62,112 nt of DNA, taken from Candidatus Omnitrophota bacterium. Lineage in GTDB: Bacteria > Omnitrophota > Gorgyraeia > Duberdicusellales > 4484-171. Within the stretch, counting starts at the first letter, position 1; every line of letters begins with the position of its first letter. Shown piece by piece: positions 27,634-36,584 of this stretch. The notes under the pieces were generated by a model that saw nothing but the letters and a program-made list of their open reading frames with translations, made no database searches and was not told where the DNA came from. The DNA lies in the NCBI GenBank assembly GCA_021735655.1, contig JAIPGM010000010.1, positions 1 through 62,112 of the forward strand, in the 5' to 3' direction. A program made the position numbers and the translations under genes.

Positions 27634-29580
27634 ATGAAACCTTTAATTGTATTTTTTTGCTGTCTATTTTTAATTTTTTCGGCAAATACTTTTTATGCTA
27701 TTGCTGAAGATAGTAGTCTAGAATCTGCCGATGAGGCTTTAATTTTTTTGGACACAAAGCTTGACCTGGAGTACTATCTTAATACGGCAATTCTTTTTAA
27801 AGCTTCCGGTGAGAATGAACGTGCACTTGAAGTTTTATCTAAGGCTGAGAGCCAGTTTCGAAATGATCGGCGTTTTGTTGCTTATCTCGCTAGGTTTAAC
27901 TACCTTTTAGGTAATTCTCAGAAAGCTTTAGATATCTTCGCTGAGCTTAAAAATAAAAACTGGGATGATTTTATTTATTTGGGGCTAATCTATGAAGACT
28001 TAGGTCAAATTAATAAGGCAATTAGTAGTTATTTGGCTTCATTAAAGAGCAGAGATAATAGTATTGCTTTATTTCGTTTAGCCAAAATTTATCGAAAGCA
28101 ACAACGCTATCGAGAAGCGATTAGCTATTTTAAACGCTTAATAAAAGCTGATTCCAGCATTAGGCTTAGCTATTATTATCTTGGTGAATGTTTATTGAAG
28201 AAGGCTAAGCATGATGAGGCTTATAAATATTTATCCAAAGCAATAAAGTTTTATCCTGAGTCAGGGTCGGTGGCTAAGCTATTTGATCAGTCAAAGCAGG
28301 CCCTAGGCAAAGATTTTTTTATTGCTAAGAAGAATCTAAAGGATAAACAGAGAAAGAGGGTCGAATCTCCTAGTTATGTTCCGAAAGATGGAACTTTTGA
28401 TATCGCGATCGGTTTAGCTAAGGAGCTAAAACAGTTTTCCTTCTCTTCGAGAGGTAATTTTGTTATTAGTGGCAAGGGGGCTACATTTTCCGGTCAGGCT
28501 AATGTTATCTATACTGTTACTCTTCGGGATAAAAAGTTAATTTTGCAAGGTTATCAGGATAAAAAGGAATATGCAGTATTTAGTGATTCACTAAGTATTT
28601 TTTATTTCGATAGTATTAATAAAGTATATCCTTTTTATTTGTTTGATATCACCTATGGTAAGGGAAATTTCTGGCATAAGACAGTTGATCGGGCCTATCG
28701 GGGGGCTATAGAGGTTTTAGTTAAAAAAGGGACCCTGACCCTAGTTAACCGTTTGAGCATCGAGGAGTATCTTTATGGCGTCTTGTCAGCTGAAATACCG
28801 TATGCTTCTGGTAAGGAAGCTTTAAAAGCTCAGGCAGTTGCTGCAAGAACTCTTGTGTTTAGAAATCGTGGTCGTCACCGACACGATGGTTTTGATTTTT
28901 GCGCTGATGTGCATTGTCAGGTATATCAGGGGATGAGTGCGGAGACCCTACCAACAACTTCAGCAGTTGAGGAAACTAGAGGACAGATTCTTGAATTTAA
29001 TGATAAGCCAATTGAGACTTTTTATCACTCTAACTGCGGTGGCTGCCTGGCTAGTGATGTTTTCGGCAAGGAAGAATACCTAGTTAATAAAATTGATTTT
29101 AATCAAGCTAATCTTCCGAGATTTGCTTATGAACGAGAAAGGTGGTTTATCGAATCACCAGAAACTTTTTGTTCTAAAAATTCTAGCGGCTACCGCTGGC
29201 AAAGAATTTATGATTCGGAAGATTTTCTAATTGCTTTTGGTTTTGAATTAAAAGAGGTAAAAAATTTCTTTTCGCATGAAATCGGAGAATGTTCTCATCA
29301 TAAAAAGGTTGAGCTGATCAGCACAAAGAAAAAAAAGAGTTTAAGCGGGGGCTTGGCGATAAGAGATTATTTGGATAAACTGAGAAGCAGCGCTTTTATG
29401 GTTGAAATTAAGTCATCGGCCAATAAACTTTCTGAAATGTTTATTATTTGGGGGGCTGGCTTTGGTCACGGAACCGGTCTTTGTCAGGAAGGTGCAATTG
29501 GTATGGCTGATCAGGGTTATAACTATCAGGAAATTTTGCATCATTATTATCCCAAGACAAAGATAAATACGGTTTATTAA
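27634..29580 (+). CDS. Secreted TPR-repeat protein with C-terminal SpoIID/LytB (amidase-enhancer) domain
   Basis: Signal peptide, then about 200 aa of TPR-like repeats. C-terminal motifs AIEVLV, LYGVLSAEIP, AQAVAARTL, DVHCQVYQG, HSNCGG and GHGTGLCQEGAIGMA are typical of SpoIID/LytB. Confidence 0.75.
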   Translation: MKPLIVFFCCLFLIFSANTFYAIAEDSSLESADEALIFLDTKLDLEYYLNTAILFKASGENERALEVLSKAESQFRNDRRFVAYLARFNYLLGNSQKALDIFAELKNKNWDDFIYLGLIYEDLGQINKAISSYLASLKSRDNSIALFRLAKIYRKQQRYREAISYFKRLIKADSSIRLSYYYLGECLLKKAKHDEAYKYLSKAIKFYPESGSVAKLFDQSKQALGKDFFIAKKNLKDKQRKRVESPSYVPKDGTFDIAIGLAKELKQFSFSSRGNFVISGKGATFSGQANVIYTVTLRDKKLILQGYQDKKEYAVFSDSLSIFYFDSINKVYPFYLFDITYGKGNFWHKTVDRAYRGAIEVLVKKGTLTLVNRLSIEEYLYGVLSAEIPYASGKEALKAQAVAARTLVFRNRGRHRHDGFDFCADVHCQVYQGMSAETLPTTSAVEETRGQILEFNDKPIETFYHSNCGGCLASDVFGKEEYLVNKIDFNQANLPRFAYERERWFIESPETFCSKNSSGYRWQRIYDSEDFLIAFGFELKEVKNFFSHEIGECSHHKKVELISTKKKKSLSGGLAIRDYLDKLRSSAFMVEIKSSANKLSEMFIIWGAGFGHGTGLCQEGAIGMADQGYNYQEILHHYYPKTKINTVY

Positions 29581-29583
29581 ATC

Positions 29584-30963
29584 TTATAGCCCTAGGAGAT
29601 ATTTTTCTACTTTTTTACTAGAGTCGAACTCGCCTAAAGATTTCCAAATATCCTTACTTTCCATACAGAGATAAAGCGGGGTTTTTTGGTCGTAATTTCT
29701 TATCCAACCAGCCATTTTTTGATAAATTTCAGTTCGTAGAAATTTAGGATAGCGCAATTTTTTATCATCGCCGACAAATAGCTCGCCATAAAAAACATTA
29801 CTTTTAGGAAAACGAAGTTCAGATATTGTTTTCAGTTGACGATTTGAACGTAAGGTCCCTAAACTTATCCAGGCAAAGGGTGGCTTTAACTGGGTATAGA
29901 GAGCCTTAATCAGTGATTGGTAGCTTTTTTCCCAGCTAGGATAGTGGATTATTGGATCAAAGTGAAAAGCAAGTCCGTAACCAGCTTGTTTAACTTTTTC
30001 GACAGCGGCTAAGCGCTGAACTAAACTGGCAGTAGCAATTTCTTCAGAGACGATTAAGTCAGAGGGATTAAGTGACCAGGAGATAATGATGTTTGGTGAA
30101 GATTCTAGTTTAAGAAGATTTTTAATAGATGCGCTTTTAGTTTTTAATTCAAAGAGGACGTTTTTATTTTTGAAATAGGGAATTAGTTTTTTTGAATACT
30201 CGGTAATTTCATCTAGGGCGAGTGAGTCACAAAATTCTCCGGTCCCAATTCTGATTGGATTTTTAAGTTTTTTGTAAAAGCTATCAAATTTTTCAAAAAA
30301 ATCATCTAAATTACCCGGCAAAGTTATTCCCGGAAAGTTAGTATAATGTTGTAAGAAGCAATAAGAGCAGTCAAAGGGGCAGCCAAAGCCAAGATTAAAT
30401 ATCCAATAACCGCAACCGAGGTGGTTTTTTGTGCAGGGACAAGGTTTTAAAAAGTCCCACTTTTCTTTGACGATGAAAACGAAAGGTTTTTTTAGCTCTG
30501 ATACGGTGAATTTGTGATTTTTTAAATAGTCACTGGTTTGTTTGATTTCTTCAATAGCTACCTTGGGAAATTTTTTTCTAAAGTTATCAACCAGAAAGCT
30601 ATTTCTTACTTCTTTTTCGACTAATATTTTTAGGGGTTTAAATTTACTTTTCGGTTTCCAGTTAGCATCAATCGGTTGGCCTAATTTGTTCAGGAATAAG
30701 CTATTAGCTTCAATTTTTTGCTTTTTTGAACTAAGCGGAAACCGCCACTCAGTAAGAACTTTTTTTAAGCCAAAAAACTTATCGCGTCCAGAAATATTAT
30801 TAATTTCAGGGTGAGCTTTAAGTATTCTTATTATTTCGGTTTCCGGGATATTTTCACGTCGGCTAATTTCAAAAATTAACCGACTGATTATCCTTAGTTG
30901 GTTCTGATTTACTTGGAAGTTAAAGGTTTTTTTTATATTTAGCAATAAGTCTTCGATATTCAT
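29584..30963 (-). CDS. Radical-SAM spore photoproduct lyase (SplB) family protein with ~150 aa N-terminal extension
   Basis: GCPFDCSYCFLQ (CxxxCxxC) aligns with B. subtilis SplB GCMGHCHYCYLQ. EFCDSLALDEIT aligns with SplB ASCTSDIVGIDHLT, the segment that in SplB holds the H-donor Cys. QAGYGLAFHFDPII aligns with KAGYPLGFIVAPIY. Confidence 0.7.
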   Translation of the reverse strand: MNIEDLLLNIKKTFNFQVNQNQLRIISRLIFEISRRENIPETEIIRILKAHPEINNISGRDKFFGLKKVLTEWRFPLSSKKQKIEANSLFLNKLGQPIDANWKPKSKFKPLKILVEKEVRNSFLVDNFRKKFPKVAIEEIKQTSDYLKNHKFTVSELKKPFVFIVKEKWDFLKPCPCTKNHLGCGYWIFNLGFGCPFDCSYCFLQHYTNFPGITLPGNLDDFFEKFDSFYKKLKNPIRIGTGEFCDSLALDEITEYSKKLIPYFKNKNVLFELKTKSASIKNLLKLESSPNIIISWSLNPSDLIVSEEIATASLVQRLAAVEKVKQAGYGLAFHFDPIIHYPSWEKSYQSLIKALYTQLKPPFAWISLGTLRSNRQLKTISELRFPKSNVFYGELFVGDDKKLRYPKFLRTEIYQKMAGWIRNYDQKTPLYLCMESKDIWKSLGEFDSSKKVEKYLLGL

Positions 30964-31762
30964 TTGCTTCTTTTAGTTTATTTCTTTTTATAGCCCCCTT
31001 GATGTAAATTGTGCATTTTTGTTTTAATTCTCGATAGGTTGCCAAATAGTCAGTGTTACTCAACTTACCATTTTTAAGTATTTTTTCAAGGGCATAAATT
31101 CTAAAGGTGTCTATTGAAGGGTATTTTTTTGATTGTTGGTCAGAGTGACCGCCTTCTTTTATGGTTAAATGTTTTGGTATGAGAAATACCGGATATTTTG
31201 AAGTAAGCCTCAGAAATAAGTCATAATCTTCACAAACCGGGAGGTTGCTGTCGAAAAGACCTATTTTGCTAAAGACACTTCTTTTGATTACTGTTGTTGA
31301 AGGACTTATGCAGCATAGTTTTAAAGCCTGCGTAAAGACATGACCAGCTGGTTTTTTATGATATTTTTTTTCCGAAAGTAACCGGCCGTTACGATACCAT
31401 ATTTCTTCAGTATGAAATACCTTGTAGTTAGGGTATTGTTTTATATATTGGTGAGTAATCTCTAGCTTTTCGCGACAAAAACGGTCATCTGAGTCAAGAA
31501 AACAAATAAATTTGCCGTTTGCTTTTTTTATGCCTTTGTTTCGGGCGGCAGCCGGACCTTTATTTTTTTGATAGAAATAGTTGAGTTTTTTGTTTTTTAA
31601 AGCTTTTACTATTTCTTTGGTATTGTCAGTTGAGCCGTCATCAACCACAATTGCTTCGTAGTCAGAGAATGTTTGTTTTAGGACGGAACCTAGAGCAATC
31701 TTGAGGAAATCTTTTCGGTCGTAGGTAGGGATAATTATACTAAAAAAAGGTTTTTGTTCCAT
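30920..31762 (-). CDS. Family 2 glycosyltransferase
   Basis: FSIIIPTYDRKDFLKIALGSVLKQTFSDYEAIVVDDGSTDNT is the GT2 signature. Start set at the ATG at 31762; the listed ORF begins at the TTG at 31825. Confidence 0.75.
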   Translation of the reverse strand: MEQKPFFSIIIPTYDRKDFLKIALGSVLKQTFSDYEAIVVDDGSTDNTKEIVKALKNKKLNYFYQKNKGPAAARNKGIKKANGKFICFLDSDDRFCREKLEITHQYIKQYPNYKVFHTEEIWYRNGRLLSEKKYHKKPAGHVFTQALKLCCISPSTTVIKRSVFSKIGLFDSNLPVCEDYDLFLRLTSKYPVFLIPKHLTIKEGGHSDQQSKKYPSIDTFRIYALEKILKNGKLSNTDYLATYRELKQKCTIYIKGAIKRNKLKEANEYRRLIAKYKKNL

Positions 31763-31836
31763 AGTATTTTCTGTTATTATAATTAGCGTAGGGTAAAAAG
31801 CAAGCTTTTTACCCAGCTTAAGCAAAGAGAGTATAT

Positions 31837-32088
31837 ATGAATCAAGGCGAAATCAACAAAGCTGAATGGGAAAATCAAAAAAATTGGCACGGTCCAAGCT
31901 GGATTTCTGTATACTACAGCAAAAAAGACAGCCGAGTTTTAGTACCTAAGCAGATACGATGGATGGGCCTGGGGCTAGAGAAAGCAACCCCAAATATTGG
32001 TAACCCGTTGGGGCTAGTTTTTCTTATTGCGGTTATTGTGGCAATTTTTTTGTTAGGTTTTATGCTATTTAAATTAGAAAAAGGGTAA
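31837..32088 (+). CDS. Small hypothetical protein with C-terminal transmembrane helix
   Basis: 83 aa. C-terminal LVFLIAVIVAIFLLGFMLF is hydrophobic. No family recognised. Confidence 0.35.
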   Translation: MNQGEINKAEWENQKNWHGPSWISVYYSKKDSRVLVPKQIRWMGLGLEKATPNIGNPLGLVFLIAVIVAIFLLGFMLFKLEKG

Positions 32089-32118
32089 TTATTTAAAATA
32101 ATAAAATGGAGGTAGTAA

Positions 32119-32580
32119 ATGATAAATTGTCCTAAATGCCTTGGTAAATTAGAAGAGAAGAACGTAGAGAATGTAAAAGTAGATATTTGTTGGGTTTGCG
32201 AAGGAGTATGGTTTGATCGGGGTGAACTTGAAAAGGTTCTTGTCGCTGATTCAACAGATTTTAACAAAATTGATGTAGATCGTGATATTCTTGACGGCCA
32301 AGAAGCTAAAAAAATGCATGATGAGCTTGATAAAAAGATTAGTAAATGTCCTAGATGCACAAGCGACATTGAGCTAGTAAAGGAAAGATATCCTAAAGGA
32401 GTATCTGTGGATGCTTGCCCTGAATGTAGTGGTATCTGGCTCGATGGAGGTGAGATCCATAAGTTGAGAGACCGCACTCTAGTAAACATATCTGATAAAA
32501 TTTATTCTATAAAGAGCATTTTTTCTAATGGCTTGCAACAGCTTATATATAGCAGGAGAAAACCTAAACCAAACCAATAA
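32119..32580 (+). CDS. Tandem zinc-ribbon (zf-TFIIB-like, CPxC...CxxCxGxWxDxGE) domain protein
   Basis: SD AAATGGAGGT. Two copies of CPKC-x17-CWVCEGVWFDRGELEKV / CPRC-x20-CPECSGIWLDGGEIHKL. Confidence 0.6.
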   Translation: MINCPKCLGKLEEKNVENVKVDICWVCEGVWFDRGELEKVLVADSTDFNKIDVDRDILDGQEAKKMHDELDKKISKCPRCTSDIELVKERYPKGVSVDACPECSGIWLDGGEIHKLRDRTLVNISDKIYSIKSIFSNGLQQLIYSRRKPKPNQ

Positions 32581-32581
32581 A

Positions 32582-33205
32582 ATGAAATTTTACAGAATCC
32601 TTGGTTTATTAATAATTTTTGTTGCAAATAGCACGGCTTTTTGCTCTGAGGGTAAGCTTACCTTTATGGTTCAGGAGCCAAAAGGGAGCAACCTAGACTT
32701 AGTATCGTTTGAAGAGAAGCTGGTCGATTTTCCGTTTATAATTAAATATCCGGCTAAGTGGTATGTTCGAGAAGAGACTTCTGGCTTAATGTCGGGGCTA
32801 TTCATCAGTCGTGAACCGGTGCTTAAGGTAGAGGATCAATATAAAACCGGAGTTGGGATTTATTATTTAGAAAATTATTTTTTTCGGACAGCTTCACCAG
32901 ATTCAGAGTGGGGCAAAGGAGCTAAAAGCGTGCATTATGTTCCAAACTGGGATGAACAGAAAAACATTTATCTTACTAGTTTAAAAGAGCAGGGTTGTGT
33001 AATTTTTTCTGCCGTTGATACTATGGTTTCAACCTATCCGTCCTTAAAAATTGAATTTCAAAGTAAAGACTCTCGGATCATTACTTATTTTATTAAAAAA
33101 GATTTTGATTTAATTAATTTATTGCTTGAAGCCCCAGTAAAGGAATTTGCAGGTTATCAGAAGTTACTAGAATCAATTGTTAATTCATTCCAAATTACCG
33201 AATAA
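32582..33205 (+). CDS. Secreted hypothetical protein
   Basis: Start set at the ATG at 32582 (MKFYRILGLLIIFVANSTAFCSEG, signal peptide). No family recognised. Confidence 0.45.
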   Translation: MKFYRILGLLIIFVANSTAFCSEGKLTFMVQEPKGSNLDLVSFEEKLVDFPFIIKYPAKWYVREETSGLMSGLFISREPVLKVEDQYKTGVGIYYLENYFFRTASPDSEWGKGAKSVHYVPNWDEQKNIYLTSLKEQGCVIFSAVDTMVSTYPSLKIEFQSKDSRIITYFIKKDFDLINLLLEAPVKEFAGYQKLLESIVNSFQITE

Positions 33206-34054
33206 AGGGTTTTCGTAGTTAATCTTTTTGCCGTAGAACTGATTAAAGTCAGGAGCAATATAGTAGAAGCTAAAAGGGTATTGCTTAACTGCTTGTTTTA
33301 TTTCAGACAGTAGCTTATCAGCGTAAGCTTTATAACTCTTTTCATTTTTATATACTTGCTCTATTTTTTTTGCTAATTCACTGCTTATATTTTCTTTAAT
33401 TATTTCTGTTATTTTGCTGAAATTACCTTGTTTATTATGGTACAACTCAACATCGATTTCTTTAATTTCTTTTGGTATTAATTTTAAAATTTCTTTAAGG
33501 TTTGAGATATAAGGTATGAAAGGCCCGAGATGAATTCGTAAATGTACATCGGCCTTTATAATTTGTTTAATTGCTGAAAGTCGCTGATTAAGCGAGGGGG
33601 ATTTTTTTTCAAATAGTTTAGTTATCTCGTCAGTTGAAAAGTTTAAGGTAAAAAATATCTTATTTTTTGAATTTTGAGTAATTAAGGATAAGTAACCAGC
33701 GATTAGATGAGATTTAGTAAGAATGGTGTAGGCGATGCGGTTTTGGTTGAGAATTTTCAGAATTTTCTCGGTTACTTTGTAATTTAATTCCTGATAGGGG
33801 AAACATTCAGTGGTTGATCCAAGAAGTACTCTTTTTGGTTTCTTATAAGCCAGCTCGTTTTCAAGTATCTGGGGGGCATTAATTTTTACGGTTAAAGAGT
33901 TAAAAAATGATTCCTTAGCTATGTTTTTGTTTTCCTGAGCGTAGCAGTAGAGGCATCCAAATTCGCAACCTTTATAGGGGTTAATTGTATAATCAGCGAG
34001 AGCTATCTGGGTTGGTGATAGGACCTTTTGGGTGTTGACGGTTATTATTTTCAT
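33185..34054 (-). CDS. Radical SAM protein, COG1533 (SplB-like / 'DNA repair photolyase'-annotated) family
   Basis: INPYKGCEFGCLYCYA is the characteristic COG1533 N-terminal CxxxCxxC context. Confidence 0.7.
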   Translation of the reverse strand: MKIITVNTQKVLSPTQIALADYTINPYKGCEFGCLYCYAQENKNIAKESFFNSLTVKINAPQILENELAYKKPKRVLLGSTTECFPYQELNYKVTEKILKILNQNRIAYTILTKSHLIAGYLSLITQNSKNKIFFTLNFSTDEITKLFEKKSPSLNQRLSAIKQIIKADVHLRIHLGPFIPYISNLKEILKLIPKEIKEIDVELYHNKQGNFSKITEIIKENISSELAKKIEQVYKNEKSYKAYADKLLSEIKQAVKQYPFSFYYIAPDFNQFYGKKINYENPLFGNLE

Positions 34055-34057
34055 TAG

Positions 34058-35311
34058 TTAGTAGATAAGGTTATTAATGAAGCTTTTGGTATAACGTATT
34101 TTTTCTTTCTTAACGAGGGCTAAGAATTTTTCTACTCTTTGTTTTGCTTGTTTTAGAGATTCTCCCTGAACAGGATAAGCGTTAAGATAATCAGAGAAGG
34201 GGTTGGCTTGAGCAATTTTTGGAATTAGTTTTTTATGTTTTTTAATAAAGCTGAGGGTTTCTTGAAAGTCTTGCTCATTTTCTCCGGGGTAGCCAAAAAT
34301 AAGGCTGATTTCAAAATGTAATCCGGCTTTATTAAGAGTTTCGAAAAAGCTCAGGGCATTCGCTGAATCAAAACCCTTGTTCATTTTTTTCAACATTTTA
34401 TCTGAGCCACTTTCAAGGCCAACAAAAAGATTGTAACAACCGCTAGACTTCATTAATTTAGCCAATTCTAGGGGAATTTTTTTGTCAACCCTAATTTGGG
34501 CTTCCCAGTTTATTTGAAAGTTATCATTTATTAAACTTTGACAGAAATTTTTTAACCAAGTTTTTCGGTAGTTTATTAATGAGTCTAAAAATACAAAGGA
34601 ATTAGTTTGGTATTTAGCTTTAAGTAGCTTGATTTGACGAAGCATATATTTCACTGAATGCTGACGTACTTTTTTGTAAAGTAAACGCTCCGAGCAAAAG
34701 CTACATTGGTGGGGGCAACCGCGCAAGGAAAACAGTGGTAAGGTTTTAGAATAGTTAGAGGCATCAAGACCTGCGAAATCGTAAAATGGCAGATGATCAA
34801 GATCAGCTAATTCTTGATAGCGTAATATTTTATTTTTTCCGTCAGTAATTATATTTTCAAAGGCCATTTCGCCTTCGCCGATAACCCAGTAGTATCGGGG
34901 GTCTAATTTACCTTTTCTTTCTAAAGATAAAACTTCCGGTCCGCCAAAGATTATTTTTTTATTAGGGAAATTACTTTTTATTTTTTCAGCCAACGAGAAT
35001 GAGAAATGGCTATTTCGTTTGGTGAGTGAAAAACCAACAAAGTCAGCACTTTTTATTTTGCTATACACATCTTCTAGTATTTCCGGATAGTGTTTTTCAG
35101 TTAAGGCAAAAAGGTTCTTTTCAAATTCTTTATTCAGAGTTAGCCAATTTGCTACTGTTTGATTGGTTCGTGTAAACAGGTTGATATTTAAATCAATTAT
35201 TCCGGTAGCAATACCTTTTTTTTCTAAATAGTTTCTTAAATAGATCAGTGAAAGTGGAGGGTTTTTTAACCAAAATGGCGGAGCCTGAATGATATAGACT
35301 AATTTTTTCAT
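34058..35311 (-). CDS. B12-binding-domain radical SAM protein (class B)
   Basis: N-terminal Rossmann-like B12-binding region, then LRGCPHQCSFCSE (CxxxCxxC). Start taken at M8 (MKKLVYII) to leave room for the divergent hemW. Confidence 0.65.
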   Translation of the reverse strand: MKKLVYIIQAPPFWLKNPPLSLIYLRNYLEKKGIATGIIDLNINLFTRTNQTVANWLTLNKEFEKNLFALTEKHYPEILEDVYSKIKSADFVGFSLTKRNSHFSFSLAEKIKSNFPNKKIIFGGPEVLSLERKGKLDPRYYWVIGEGEMAFENIITDGKNKILRYQELADLDHLPFYDFAGLDASNYSKTLPLFSLRGCPHQCSFCSERLLYKKVRQHSVKYMLRQIKLLKAKYQTNSFVFLDSLINYRKTWLKNFCQSLINDNFQINWEAQIRVDKKIPLELAKLMKSSGCYNLFVGLESGSDKMLKKMNKGFDSANALSFFETLNKAGLHFEISLIFGYPGENEQDFQETLSFIKKHKKLIPKIAQANPFSDYLNAYPVQGESLKQAKQRVEKFLALVKKEKIRYTKSFINNLIY

Positions 35312-35333
35312 TGCTGTATAATTATAACACAAA

Positions 35334-36458
35334 ATGCCTGAATCACTCTATATCCACATTCCTTTTTGCAAGAATAAATGTTTCTACTGTGATTTTTACA
35401 GTATTACTTATGAGTCTGAACTGGCTCAGAAATATATTGGTGTATTGTGTCAGCAAATTGAAAATGCTAGTGCTGATTTTAAGACTATTTATATTGGCGG
35501 AGGTACTCCGAGCGTTTTAGATCTCCGGTTATGGCAGAAACTTTTAATTAGTTTAAGAAAGGTGTCTAAAAATTGTCAGGAGTTCAGCTTAGAAGCAAAT
35601 CCTGAAAGTTTAGATAGCGCTAAGCTTGATTTATTTCTTGAAATGGGAGTTAATCGAATAAGTATTGGCTTACAATCCCTAGATGATCGAAAGCTTAAGA
35701 AATTAGGTAGAATTCATTCGGCAACTGAGGCAGTTAAAAAAGTCGAACAAGCTAGGGCTAGAGGTTTTCGTAATATAAGTATTGATTTGATTTTTGGAGT
35801 CTGGAACGAGAGCTTAGAGGGTTGGCAGAAGGAGTTGGCAAGGGCAGTAAAACTTTCGGTGGATCACATTTCACTTTATGGCTTAACCTATGAGAAAAAT
35901 ACCGACCTTTTTAGAAAATTAAAAAGTCATCAGATAAAACCGTTAAATGATCATATTATCGCCGAGATGTATAGCGACAGTGTTAACTATCTAGCCGAGC
36001 AAGGATTTTTGCGTTATGAGGTGTCTAATTTTTCAAAAGCCGGTTATGAGTGTCGACATAACCTTAACTATTGGGATAATGGCCCTTATCAAGCTTTTGG
36101 ACCCTCGGCAGTCGCCTATCACAATGGCTGTCGTAAGCAGTATATTTCGGATCTTTGCTCTTACGTTGATGGTTTTGAATCGGCCAAGCAGATAGTGGCT
36201 ACTAGCGAAGAACTTAACCCTGAGTTTCGAGCAAAGGAAACAGCAGCCATAAAGATAAGAACCAGGACGGGTATAGAGTCTGATTGGTTTAAGCAAAAAA
36301 CTGGTTTTGACTTTTTTGCCCTAGAAGCTAAGGTTTTGGCGGAGCTCAATACAGAAGGTTTGGTGGCTTATCGGGGTGGCAGGGGTAAGTCAAAAACAAT
36401 ATTTTTGACTGATAAGGGTTTTTTGTTTGCCGATAGAGTTTCTTCGGCTTTTCTTTAA
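35334..36458 (+). CDS. hemW: Heme chaperone HemW / oxygen-independent coproporphyrinogen-III oxidase-like radical SAM protein
   Basis: LYIHIPFCKNKCFYCDFYS and the GGGTPS motif are typical of HemN/HemW. Its 374 aa length fits HemW. Confidence 0.8.
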   Translation: MPESLYIHIPFCKNKCFYCDFYSITYESELAQKYIGVLCQQIENASADFKTIYIGGGTPSVLDLRLWQKLLISLRKVSKNCQEFSLEANPESLDSAKLDLFLEMGVNRISIGLQSLDDRKLKKLGRIHSATEAVKKVEQARARGFRNISIDLIFGVWNESLEGWQKELARAVKLSVDHISLYGLTYEKNTDLFRKLKSHQIKPLNDHIIAEMYSDSVNYLAEQGFLRYEVSNFSKAGYECRHNLNYWDNGPYQAFGPSAVAYHNGCRKQYISDLCSYVDGFESAKQIVATSEELNPEFRAKETAAIKIRTRTGIESDWFKQKTGFDFFALEAKVLAELNTEGLVAYRGGRGKSKTIFLTDKGFLFADRVSSAFL

Positions 36459-36584
36459 ATTTGAAGAAATAAGCTCAAAACCGTTGCCATTATATATAAT
36501 ATTTAACTGGTCTTTTTGTAGTAGATTTTTTTCAATCCAATGGTATAATTATTTGGCTTGAAATCAGTCAATTAAGCTATTTTT

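Noticed and set aside
31914-32489. 191 aa minus-strand ORF (Ser/Leu-rich, low complexity)
   Set aside because: It lies antisense across two well-supported + strand genes (the small membrane protein and the tandem zinc-ribbon protein, which has a strong SD). Its composition is typical of a spurious antisense frame.
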